From: Octopus bimaculoides
Taxonomy: Eukaryota
Direction of reading: 5' to 3'
Assembly (NCBI RefSeq): GCF_001194135.2
Contig: NC_069003.1
Coordinates: 20,058,049 to 20,122,048, forward strand
DNA length: 64,000 bases
Part shown: piece after piece, positions 25,644 through 37,495 of the stretch
Position numbering within the stretch: position 1 is the stretch's first letter
How the letters are laid out: the number at the start of each line of letters is the position of its first letter
Notes under the pieces: generated by a model
What the model saw: only the letters and a program-made list of their open reading frames with translations
The model's database searches: none
What the model was told of the DNA's origin: nothing
Translations under genes and position numbers: made by a program

Positions 25644-26584
25644 CATTATCATCATCATTTAACGTCCATTGTCCATGCTGGCATGGGTTGGACAGTTTGA
25701 CCAGGGCTGGCAAGCTGGAAGGCTGCACCAAACTCCAGTCTGATTTGGCATGGCTTCTATGGCTGGATGCCCTTCCTAATGCCAACCATTGAGAGTGTAA
25801 TGGGTGCTTTTATGTGCCATCAGCATGGGTGCCATTTGTATGATACCAGTATCTGCCATGACTGTGATTTTTCTCAGCTTGATGGGTCTTTTTCTCAAGA
25901 ACAACATAATGCCAAAGAAACTCAGCCACTTTGCCTCTGTGAGGCCCAATGCTCAAAAGGAACTCACTTCCATGAGGCTCAACACTTGAAAGGAACTCAC
26001 ATCCATGAGGCCAAACGCTCGAAAGGAGCTCAGCCACTTTGCCTCCATGAGGCCCAATACTTGAAAGGTGCTCTTTCAGCGCTACTGGCATGGGTGCCAG
26101 TTACATGACACCAGCATCAGTCACAACTATGTTTATGACCTTGAGGGTAGGGCCCAGTTAGAATTTTCTTCTGGTCAAGTAGCCCATCCTGCTCAAAAGG
26201 TCCCTGAATATGGGTTATTTAAGGATGGTGAACAAAACACCCATGGGTATTTTGTTGCAGAGGTGAATTATTCAAACCCCAAAGACTTCTTCTCAACACA
26301 TAGCTACAATACTTCCTCACTACTTCTGCTCATGATCAGAGATGCACATATCATCAGCCACTAAGGAACATGCTCAACTGGTTAAGGTCAAGCAACTGAG
26401 AAGCAAATCTGTGGTATTAAGCAGAATGTTTGCTGCAGCCCATCTTTTATGCCAAGACAAAACATGTACATGATAACACTCCCTATCAGTTATGATCAGA
26501 AGCGACTGTATTGTATTGCATCAGAGCATTAAACAAGCAATAATAAATCTCTGAACGAGGTATAAACAGTAGCTGCACAACAAT

Positions 26585-26999
26585 GTGAAGTATATTTGCC
26601 ACTTAAATGCAGCTAACCACTAAGGGTGAATGCTACTGTAGCTTGTAGCCCCAAGAGAACCCCTTCTCCAGCTGGCTATTGACACACTTTGTTTACACTT
26701 TTTCGAGATCGGTGATTTTTCGTCACTGGAAAAAGGATAAATATGTATTTGCATCAGGACTCCTTAACATCGAAGACCGGTGATTGTCGTACGCTGACAA
26801 AGGGTAAATATCCAGAAACTCAGGTCCGTGCATATCATGTCAGGTCGACGATGGGAAGGATGACTTCCCTTTGCAAATACTGATAGGGCACAGAAAGTGT
26901 GTCAATAGCCAGCTGGAGAAGGTGTTCTCCTGGGGCTACAAGCTACAGTAGCATTCACCCTTAGTGGTTAGCCGCATTTAAGTGGCAAATATACTTCAC
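26585..26999 (+). mobile_element. Penelope-pLTR/retrozyme-like element with 106-bp inverted arms
   Basis: 26585-26690 and 26894-26999 are reverse complements with 3 mismatches; hammerhead motif in spacer; abuts (TA)n; homologous to 58.3-kb element. Confidence 0.65.
26789..26831 (+). ncRNA. Minimal type I hammerhead ribozyme motif (G8A-mutated)
   Basis: GTACG-CTGACAA-AGGGTAAATATCCA-GAAA-CTCAGG-TC|CGTGC: stem I 5 bp, stem II GGGT/ATCC, stem III AC/GT, GUC cleavage triplet. Confidence 0.6.
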
Positions 27000-27000
27000 G

Positions 27001-27002
<2 letters not shown>

Positions 27003-27075
<73 letters not shown>

Positions 27076-27080
27076 ATATA
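27003..27080. repeat. (TA)n microsatellite
   Basis: Direct observation. Confidence 0.97.
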
Positions 27081-27852
27081 AAACAACAAACACAGTAATC
27101 ACATAACGATTAAACCACCAGTAATAGTTAAAAAGCAGTGTGTTTAATGACAATAACAAGGAAAACAACACCAACCGTAAGATATTTATAACAAGAATAA
27201 CACTGACAAGGAATAAAAGACAACAGCAACCACAGCAACATTTACAACTACAACATGTACAGCAAGAGCATATTCAACAGTAACAGAAAATAACAACACC
27301 CTTCACCACATCTGCAACAAAAAGAACTTATATAATGGTTTCTGGTTTTGACACAATGCAAAAAAATTTAAGGGGTAGCTGTAAGACAATGCCACTGATT
27401 TTGGGGGAATAAGAGGCAAAGTTGATCTCAGTAGGATTTGAACTTGGAATGTAAAGAGTCAGGAGTAATACTGTAAAGTATTTTGTTCAACATTCTAAAC
27501 ATATATAATGGAGGTAACAACATATATATATAACAGCGGCAACAACAATCTTAACTATAAATACAACAACAATGCTGTGACAATGGCCTCTGCTCCTCAG
27601 AGATAGCCAGATCCATGCCACTTTCACTTGGATTGCTTGACAAGTTAGAAATAGTAGCCAAATTTCCACCAAATATCATCAAAAACAAAAGGACACATTG
27701 GATAATGTAGTCCAAGATATACGTTTTTTGGGGGGGAAGCCAGACGGGATGGTCATAGCTGGAATGCTTTCAATGTTTGATTTGTTTGATCAAGTCTGAT
27801 GTGGGTCTAAACAAAAGCAAGAAAATCAACTATCACTCCAACAACTACAGTA

Positions 27853-27941
<89 letters not shown>

Positions 27942-27949
27942 TACTACTT

Positions 27950-27998
<49 letters not shown>

Positions 27999-28640
27999 TA
28001 CTACTACTACTTCTACTACTACTACTACTACTACTACTACTGCTGCTACTGCTACTGCTACTACTACTACTACTATGACAAAAGCAGCAACAGCAGCTGA
28101 ACCACAACAGCTATAACAACAAAAACAACATCACAACAAGTGAGATAAATTCAACCAACTCTACAGCCACCACCAACAATAACAACAACAACTTCACCAA
28201 AATCACCAACAAATACCATCATTATCACTATTATTACTACCATTCCAAACATTATCACCAGAACACCATCAATTCAATTACCTCTGCAACTACCAACACC
28301 ATTTTAACACCAACAGCAACATCTTCAATAGCATTTCACTTGCTTAATTCCACCACCACCACCACCACAAACACCACCACCACAAACACCACCACCACCA
28401 CCACCAGACTAAATGTCCGTCAATAAAATCTTACTGTCTTATAAAGATGGTAATTCCATCTGCTTCAAGACCAAAATCTTGACACAGTATAACCTATAAT
28501 ATAGTTTAATAAGGATGGAACTGGCTGGTGATTTGGTCTTGAAGCTGTTCAAACCGATGGTGGTGGTGGTGGTGGTGGTTGTGGTGGTGGTGGTGGTGGT
28601 ATTGATGGCGGTAATGGTGATGATGATGATGGCTTTCATA
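27853..28640. repeat. Compound trinucleotide tract: (TAC)n ~75 units, then (AAC)/(CAC), then (GTG)/(GAT)
   Basis: Source of poly-Y, poly-S, poly-T and poly-V ORFs. Confidence 0.95.
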
Positions 28641-29399
28641 GTTACTGAATTAATGGCGTGCATTTTAAATGAAACAGCAGCATATCATTTAGAAAGATAA
28701 GTCCAGGCTTTAGAGTTAAATGATGTCTACAGTGGAAGAATTATAAGAAATGGAGATCAAAAACAAACAACAACAAAGAAAGCAGAAACAAAACTGATTT
28801 CATACGGAGCAATGATAATATTAAAGACATATAAAGCATCTATTTATTTAGGCTTATTTCTATATTCCATGGTAAAGTCACTGTTATTAATCTGAGAGAG
28901 TGGGTGGGGGTAAATAGAAGATGAAAGAAAGACAGACAGAATAAATAGACAGACAGACAGACAAACAGATAAATAGATAGATAGAGAGAAAGGAGGAAGG
29001 AAGGAAGGAAGGAAGGAAAAGAGGGAAGTAACATGAAAGAAGGAATGTAAGTAAAATGTGTGAATGAAAAAAGAATGAAGGATGAAAGAGTGGAAGACAA
29101 GAAGAAAGAAAATAATGAAAGGAAGGAAAAAAGGAAGAAAGTTTCTGCCTACCAAATCCATTCATTGATCGATTTCATGCTATAGTAGAAGACACTTGTC
29201 CAAGATAGCATGCAATGGGACTGAGCCTGAGACTACATGGTTGGGAAACAAACTTCTTGACCCCCCCCCACACACACACACACCTCAAATTTTGATAAGT
29301 GCCAAGCATGAAGCCCTTGGTCCTTGATTTCACTTTGTAACTTATGCAAATTAAAATAAGAAAAGAATCTTATACATATGTAGATAAGGCCTATACTAT

Positions 29400-31025
29400 T
29401 ATATTTTACAAAGGATATTCCTTAATTCTTCCTCTCTGAAGATGAAATAGTTGGCTTATATGAAATTCTTTGCTAGAAAGAATCACTAAAATGAGTCTTT
29501 GTTGATGCAATGTGAAGTCTTGTATTACTCTTGAGCCTGGCGAAAGTTTTGCACTTTCTATTACATAATGCACAACTATGCTGGCTGGCAGAAGGAACAG
29601 GTGCCACAGTATGAACTCTTTTGACATGCCTTTTCAATCTTCCAACTGAGAGGCACACCTTTCCACTTGTTGCATATGTTCTGTTGTAAACAATAGCCAT
29701 ATCACAGTTTACCATGGATCAATTCCTGTGAGTTCTCTGATGGCTGACCAGGCCTGCACAACTCAAGCATCTCCTCCCACAAACCACACACACAAAAAGC
29801 AATTCTCCCTTATTCTCCACAGGTTCATTCCTTCTAAGCCTTCTTCTAATCTTCTTGTGCTTCATTGTCTCTCTTTCAAACCTTGAACAACCACTGTGCA
29901 CTCTCTTCCTCCATCCATCTCAGTCTTGTGCCTCTCTCTCTCTCAATCAACAACTGAAACACTTGTCTGTGTCAGAGCAATTCTGAGGCAGTCCTTGAAC
30001 CTCTATTTTGGGTTTATGTGCTGATCTCCTGCCATCTTCCAGCTCACCATACAAAAGTTGCTTAGGAAGTCTTTCACCATTCATTCTTACCAGATGTCCA
30101 CCCCACCTCAAGTGACTTTGCAGAATCATTAATTCTATACTTCTACTACAACTTCTCTCAAGTACCTCCACATCACTGATGGTCATTTTCCAATTTATCT
30201 CAAGAATTTTCCTAAGACAATATTGATGATATCGTTTCAAATACCTTAAATGCCTACGATAAACAACCCACATCTCACATTCATATAGCAAAGATGGCAG
30301 GACACGTGCTATCAACCCTAATTTTAATTTAGGAAGATATACTATGGTGTGATCAGACATGCCTGTCAAACCTACCAAAGGCACTCCTAGCCTTGCTGAT
30401 TCTATGTGAAATTTCATCATCAAGACCAGCGGTGTCAAAAGTACTTTCCAAATAAATGAATTTAATTACAACTTCTAACTTTTGACCATTCCTTCACAGT
30501 TATAGAAGGTTCCACATAAAGTTTAGAGGCAGGCTGGTATGTTAGAACAGTTTTTTTCAAGTTCATTGAAAGGCTCAATGCTGTACATGCTGCAGAAATC
30601 ATATTCATCATGTGTTGCATATCTTCTTGGGAATGTGCTAACAGGTCACAATCATCTGCATACAAGAACTCAATGGTGGAAGAATGAAGAACTTTCGTTT
30701 TGGCACAAAGTCTTTTGAGTTTGTAAAGGTTTCCTGCTGTCCTATATTTTATATAGACTCCTTCAGTGCAATCATCAAAAACTATTTGAAAGATTATTGT
30801 AAGATACAGAGCAAACAATGTAGGAGCAGGAATATCACCTTGTTTTACACTATTTTCTACAGAAATTGGATCTGACAAGGTACCTCCAATATTGACTCTC
30901 ACTTCCATCTTGTCATGTAATTGTCTAAGAATTCTCACAAATTTTTCAGGGCAGCCTAGCTTTTGCAGGATCTTCCAAAATGCAACTCTATTTATAGAAT
31001 CAATAAAAACCTGATGTAAATCCAT
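29400..31025 (-). mobile_element. 5'-truncated RTE-clade (BovB-like) LINE: RT core, thumb and C-terminal C2H2 fingers; decayed
   Basis: ORFs with VKQGDIPAPTLF, LYADDCDL, LLYECEMW, HLRWGGHLVRMNGERLPKQLLYGEL, CVVCGRRCLSCAGLVSHQRTH; frameshifts and stops. Confidence 0.9.
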
Positions 31026-31029
31026 ATCC

Positions 31030-32185
31030 TGACAGTTTCAGAAGACACCACCAATACAACGCACTATTGCTCGCATCAGAGATAAATTTGAAGCATACAG
31101 AACTGTTCAGAACGTTACTAAGCAATGCTCTGGAAGACCACAAACATCTACCAGCCCCAATAGACACAACCAATTAATGGAAACCCTTTCCCGATCCCCA
31201 AAGAAATATGTAAGACAATTGAGTCATGAGATAGGAATCCCAAAATTGAGTGTTCATCGGATGTTGAAACGAGCTCATTGGAAAAGTTATGTTCCAACAT
31301 TAATGTAAGCCCTCAATGAAGATGATCCTGATCGGAGAGTTCAATTTTGTGAATAGTATCTGAACAAATTCGCAGAGGATGCAACGTTTCCAGAGAAAAT
31401 CTTATGGAGCGATGAGGCCACCTTCAAGTTAAATGGTTCATTCAACCGACATAATTTCACATACTGGGCTTGTGAAAATCCACATTTTACTATGGAACAC
31501 CATCTGAACTTACCAGGCGTTACAGTGAGGTGTGGGATATCAACATTGGGTATCGTTGGACCATTTTTTTTTTTACCAAACTGTCTGTGGCCCAGTTTAC
31601 TTAAACTTACTGATGGAAAATGTTGGTCCACGAATTGAAGAGATGTTTGGGGAGGAGGAGATTTACTTCTAGCAAGATGGAGCTCCTCCTCACTACCATC
31701 GTGATGTACGGGCTTACCTCGATGCAACAAATCCAAACAAATGGATCAGGAGGAGAGATAGCATTAGATTTCCTGCACGTTCCCCAGACCTCACGCCAAT
31801 GGATTTTGTTTATGGGGACATCTCAAAGATAAGGTTTACGCTGCAAAACCAGTGACAATTGATGATTTGAAAAATGAAATTCGAATACAATGTCTTGCAA
31901 TTCCAAATGAAATGTTTGGCAATGTTGTCGAATCCATTGTTGGACGTTATCCACTTTGTTTGGAAAATGAAGGAAGGCAGTTTGAACTTTTGCGAACACG
32001 CAGGAATGAGTGAGAACATTAAATAATTCTAAATGACAATAAATAATCATTTCTACAACAATTTATTTTCCTGAATTTAATTTAACTTTTCAGGATTGTA
32101 TGTATATCAATAAACATCTACTTGAACACAAAATGCATGAGTACTGGGAAGTTAAAGGGTGAGTACATCTTTTTGGGACACACTG
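31030..32185 (+). mobile_element. IS630-Tc1-mariner transposon relic, DD41D (rosa/Visitor-type), 5' end missing
   Basis: WSDEATF...QDGAPPH...SPDLTPMD with 41 residues counted between 2nd and 3rd D; LWGHLKDKVY after a frameshift; 3' end ...gggacacactg|ta. Confidence 0.85.
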
Positions 32186-32329
32186 TATATATAAACACAA
32201 AAAAATCAATGAGAGGATGTTGTACATGTAAAGTATTAGCAGACGCTCGCTTTTGGTTGTGTATTAAATCGATATTTATCTCTCACTGGATGGAGTATGT
32301 TTTTTGTTGATTCTACTATTATTCTTTCT

Positions 32330-32790
32330 AATTAAGGGCCTCTCGCTCAGGAAGAAAGGTAGACTGTATGATGCATGTGTGCAAACTGCCATGCTACACA
32401 GCAGTGAAACATGGGCCATGACTATTGAGGACAAGCATAGGCCTGAAAGAAATGAAGCTAATATGATCCGTTGGATGTGTAATGTCAGTGTGCATACATG
32501 ACAGAGTGTAAGCGCCCTGAGAGAAAAGTTGAGCATAAGAAGCATCAAATGTGGTGTGCAAGAGAGAAGACTGAGCTGGTATGGTCATGTGTTACCTATA
32601 GATGAGGACAGCTGTGTGAGAAAGTACCACTCCCTAATTGTGGAAGGAAACTGTGGAAGAGGTGGACCCAGGAAGACATGGGATGAGGTGGTGAAGCATG
32701 ACCTTCATACATTGGGCCTCATAGAGGCAATGGCAGGAGACTGAGACCTTTGGAGATGTGCTGTGATTGAGAAGACCTGGCAACTAAAGT
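32330..32790 (+). mobile_element. RTE-type LINE 3' fragment
   Basis: KGRLYDACVQTAMLHSSETW...RLSWYGHV...GRGGPRKTWDEVVKHDL. Confidence 0.85.
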
Positions 32791-33484
32791 GAGATTGCAG
32801 CCATGCATGTCTGGCCCAGTTAAGAGTACCCTGATGCGTCAGGCGACATGATATGCTTGAGAAAACCTGTTCCATCAAGTAAAACCAATATCGTGGCTGT
32901 AGCCAGTGCCCCCCGACTGGCTCCCATGCCAGTGGCACATAAAAAGCACCATCCAATGTGGCTGATGCCGGTACCCACTGACTGACCCCTGTGCTGGTGG
33001 CACGTAAAAAAGCACTATCTGAACGTGATCGATGCCAGGTCCGCCTGACTGGCTCCTGTGCTGGCGGCATGTAAAAAGCACCCACCACACTCTCAGAGTG
33101 GTTAGCATTAGGAAGGGTGTCCAGCTGTAGAAACATTGCCAGATCAGATTGGAGCCTGGCGTAGCAGCTGGCTCTCCAGACTTCAGTCAAACCGTCTAAC
33201 TCATGCCAGCATGGAAAATGGACGTTAAACGATGATAATAATGATGAAGATAATGTACTTCTTTAAGTATAATAAGCATTTCTATCCAATCAACCAAACA
33301 TATTGAGTTTTATCAAAGAGTGTTTGTGCTCTGCAAAATATATCTAAATGTACTTTACATTACTTACATTATCAAATATGTGTGTGTGTGTGTGTGAGAA
33401 AAAGAGAGAGACAGTTGTGTGTAAGCATCTAAATATGTATGTATGAATTAATATATATATATATAATTTATATAAACGATGATG

Positions 33485-33531
<47 letters not shown>

Positions 33532-33972
33532 TATATACACACATACATATATACATACACACACACACCTATATGCATACAACACATACACACATGTACA
33601 TATGTATGGATGTGTGTATGCATATTTCTTTGTTTATTAACATAAAAAGAAAAATCAATAGCCTTCATCATTGTGAGTAAAGCCACCTAAACTGTCTTAG
33701 CATATATTATTATATTTGCACAGTTGTCAAAGATGTCAGAATCTCAGGAATTGCAATGCAAAACTTAATTGGTTCCATATTGATCATTCATTTATTGATC
33801 AGTCACCATTGTATTAAAGATATTCAAATATCTTTTATGATATTGCTCCTCTTTTCTGTTTCAGTCTTTCATCTTATCTATGTTATGAACTTGATAATAC
33901 TTAAACTTCAATTACTAACTGTTATACTTCACTTATGCTTGTACTGCACTTACAAACACTTACATTTCTCTG

Positions 33973-34470
33973 ACACCTACACTTCACTTACTAACACTTA
34001 CATTCCACTTACTAACACTTACACTTCACTTACTAACACTTACACTTCACTTACTAATACTTATACTTCACACACTTGCACTTTGCTCATAATGCTTATG
34101 TTTTACTTGCTTACTGTAATGCTTCACTTACTAACTTGTATTTCACTTAGAAGTACACTTCATTTAATATCACTTATACTTCACTTTCCCACACTTAAGT
34201 ATCACTTAGTTAATACACTTCTTTTATTGACATTTATTCTTCAGTTACTCGGATATACACTTCACTTGTTTGCTAACACTTATGCACCACTTACTAACAC
34301 ATATACTACATTTACTCTTTTCTCATTAACATACTCCAGTGGCTTAACACTTAACACTCCATTTGCTAACACTTGCAAAAACTTACACTTCACTGACTTC
34401 ATTTATGCATTAGCTAATAAAGTATAAGTGTTAATATCACACTTCACTTGCTAACACTTTTGTATTACTG
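33973..34470. repeat. 21-bp minisatellite ACACTTACACTTCACTTACTA, decaying rightwards
   Basis: 4-5 near-perfect units at 33973-34075, then degenerate CACTT-rich units. Confidence 0.85.
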
Positions 34471-35980
34471 GCTAACATGTACTTCATTTTAAAAACAAAA
34501 ACGTTGTGCTGCCTTTTGCATAACTGTCAGAAGAACCCCCATATATTCAACAGGTTCAAAAGAGCAGATACCATTGTAGTAACATAAAATGGAGTTAGCA
34601 GAAGGGCTTAGCAGGACAGTTTGGAATAGCAAGGGAGCCAGTGCTTATTAGGTCTGATTTACTTTTTTGGATATGTTTCAGATTGCTTTACTGGCAAGGC
34701 CAACCCTGATTAAATAGATCTTTATTTGAAAGCAATCCAGCCATAACCATACTGCTTTTTCTTTTTTTTTATATTCAGACAACTCCTAAGACTGTATTTT
34801 CCAATATGATTTTCCTTTACTCAAAAGAAAAATTTGGCTAGTATCTTAGGCAGTGGGTATGTATTAAATGCAAATGAGAGAGACACTACATGGTAGTTTG
34901 ACCTAATAAAAAGAGTAGCCAAATCTTCCTCAAATCTCAGGCTACAATCACTGGTACCAGCACCACCACAACCATCATCATTATCATTTAATATCTACTT
35001 TTTCCTGTACACATGGATCAGACAGGATTTTACTGAGGTAGATTTTCTATGGCCAGATGGTTTTCCTGTCTCCAATACTCATCTGTTTTCTCCTTATTCT
35101 GACATGATTTTCATGGAAAACTGTAAGCAGACAACATTGCTTGTATGGTGATGCTTTTCTTTTACTCTTTTACTTGTTTCAGTCATTTGACTGCGGCTAT
35201 GCTGGAGCACCACCTTGAAGGGTTTGTAGTAACGCCGTGCGCATGCGTAGTCTCACGCATGCGTAGAATTAAGCCTAGCACAAATTGTACCGGTCTCTTT
35301 TGTTGAACTGCTAAATTATGGGGATGTAAACACATCACCACTGGTTATCAAGTAGTGATGGATGGGACAAACACAAACACACACACGTATAAATGAAGGG
35401 CTTCTTTCAGTTTCTGTCTACCAAAATCCACTTGTGAGGCTTTGGTCAGCCTGAGGCTATAGTAGAAGACACTTGCTCACGGTGCCACACAGTAGAACTG
35501 AACCTAGAATCATGTGGTTAGAAAGCAAGCTTCTTACTACACAGCTATGCCTGCGCCTATGCTTGTTTACAACAATCACTTGATATCAAGAGTTCATATA
35601 TGCACACATATATACCCTTTAATTTTTTTATTCTCTTACAGGTTTCAGTTATTGGACTGCAGCCATGTTGGGGTACTGCCTTAAAGAGTTTAGGCAAACA
35701 AATTGACTCAGTACCTTCTTAGTGAGACAAGTACAAGAGAAACTCTTGGCTAAGAGTAAACCATTATACCTAGTGGTCACTGACGAAGTTCCACACTCTA
35801 TAACCCGGTGGTTACCTAGGAAAACTTGGTGTGGATGAATGACTGGTGTTGACAATGTTTGCCATGTACGAAGTGTGAGTTAGCAGCTAGTTCAGAAAGG
35901 TATTCAGCATTCAGAGAGGTGTTCACCACAAGGGCTTGTTCATAGTGTCTGCCCGTTTTTTATAGTTGTCTATGCTATAA

Positions 35981-37495
35981 AAGGTCTCCATTCATGGTGA
36001 CTGTACAGTGCAGGTAGAAGAAGAAGCTGACAAACTCCATGATATTGGGGCCAACATCAAGAAAAGGAGAGTTCAGGCCATCTCCAACATGCACCAGCTT
36101 GGTCTCCACCAAACTCACTTAAAAACTAAGCTTTGCAGATTCCTCTTGGTATAGGATCAGTGTGTCCCTGAGCTGGTTGATTAAGTTTCTGAATAGGGTG
36201 GTATTGTCTGCATACACCAGGCCTGGTAATCAGATAATCAATGACACAGTCAAAGAGGTCAGGTGCAACCATGCAACCCTCTCTGACCTTCCCGTTCACC
36301 CGCCTGCGACTCTTGGCACTGCTATAAAGTTATTGGAACAAGGTGGTGATTTTCAGAGATGTGCCAGTGAGCTTGAGAATTTTCCAGAGGGATATATGGT
36401 CAACCATGTTGAACGCTGCCTTGAGGCTGATGAAGGTGGTGTAGAGGTGGCAATCTTTGATGGGACTCCTGAGATCTTTCGATGAAACAAAGGACAGAAA
36501 TATTGGTGGTAGATCGATTCAGCATAAGTCCAGCTTGTTGTGGATGGTGTCTGCTTCTAATGGCAGCAAGGGCATGGCTGAGGAGGATCCTGGTGAAAAG
36601 CTTGCCTGGCATGGAAAAGAGGCTGATGCTCCTGTGATTGCTGCAGACAAGTTTGTCACCCTTCCATTTCCAAATAGGGAGGATGATGCTTTAGGTCCAG
36701 TCATTTGGGAGCTGCTCTGACACTCATACATGGTTGAGGACACAAGTGAGCCATCTGGATCATATTTTCTCCACCCACCTTCAACATCTCCATGATGATA
36801 GCATGGATTCAAGGGGCTTTGCAGTTGCTGAGTTTCTTCAGGGCATCACTGACTTCATCAGGGGTGGCAGAATCAAGTGTCAGTTGTGGCTGTATCTGTA
36901 GTGATGGTTAGGCTGGGGTTGAATAGGACCTCCAAGATCAACCATACATGGTTGATCCCTTTGGTGCCACTGTTCTATCTCCTGGAAGATGAAATTCTGT
37001 ATCTACATATTGGTCCTCTCCATTCTTCTTTATGGAGCAGAAATATGGCCCCTTACAAAGGCCTTGGCAAAGAGGATGGATGGCTTCAATAGCAGAGCCC
37101 AGAGAACCATTGAGAACATTTCCAACAAAGAACTGTATGGGCACACACATCAGCCTGCAGCCTCCCACCTCATTGCTATCTGCCACATGCGCTGATGTGG
37201 ACATATCCTCTACCACCAGATCTTCCTACTAGGGCCTTACTCTCATTGGACACAGCTGCTGTGGGCTGGAAGAGGCCCCATAGTAGGCCCTGCACCAGAT
37301 GATTGGACATGATTAAGAAAGACCTCCAGTGGCTCAACGTCATCTTAGAGGATGCAGAGGGGCTGGCACAAGACTGCCAGTGATGGAGAGCACTAGTGGA
37401 CCGGGTCAGCTCTTTGCACAATAATGCCTGTGGGACCACTAACTTGGAATGATCCTAGCCCCATCAAGCAAGAGCATGTAGTGAAAGTGAAGTGA
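35981..37495 (+). mobile_element. RTE-clade LINE with inverted 5' segment (35981-36940 minus, 36945-37495 plus)
   Basis: Minus: LKKLSNCKAP...PGKLFTRILL...QQAG...YLHCTVTMNGDL; plus: KFCIYILVLSILLYGAEIW...RPCTRWLDMIKKDL; (GTGAA)n tail; ATGCTATAA/ATGCCATAA flanks. Confidence 0.8.

Noticed and set aside
27777-28700. Poly-Tyr/Ser/Thr/Val ORFs
   Set aside because: Translations of trinucleotide microsatellites.
29435-29450. CTGAAGA-T-GAAA as another hammerhead (also CTGATGA hits at 1817, 36427, 36845, 46573)
   Set aside because: No stem I/III pairing or no downstream GAAA; several lie in LINE or mariner coding sequence.
33756-34427. 223-aa ORF with LTNTYTS repeats
   Set aside because: Produced by a stop-free 21-bp minisatellite; no splice or homology support.
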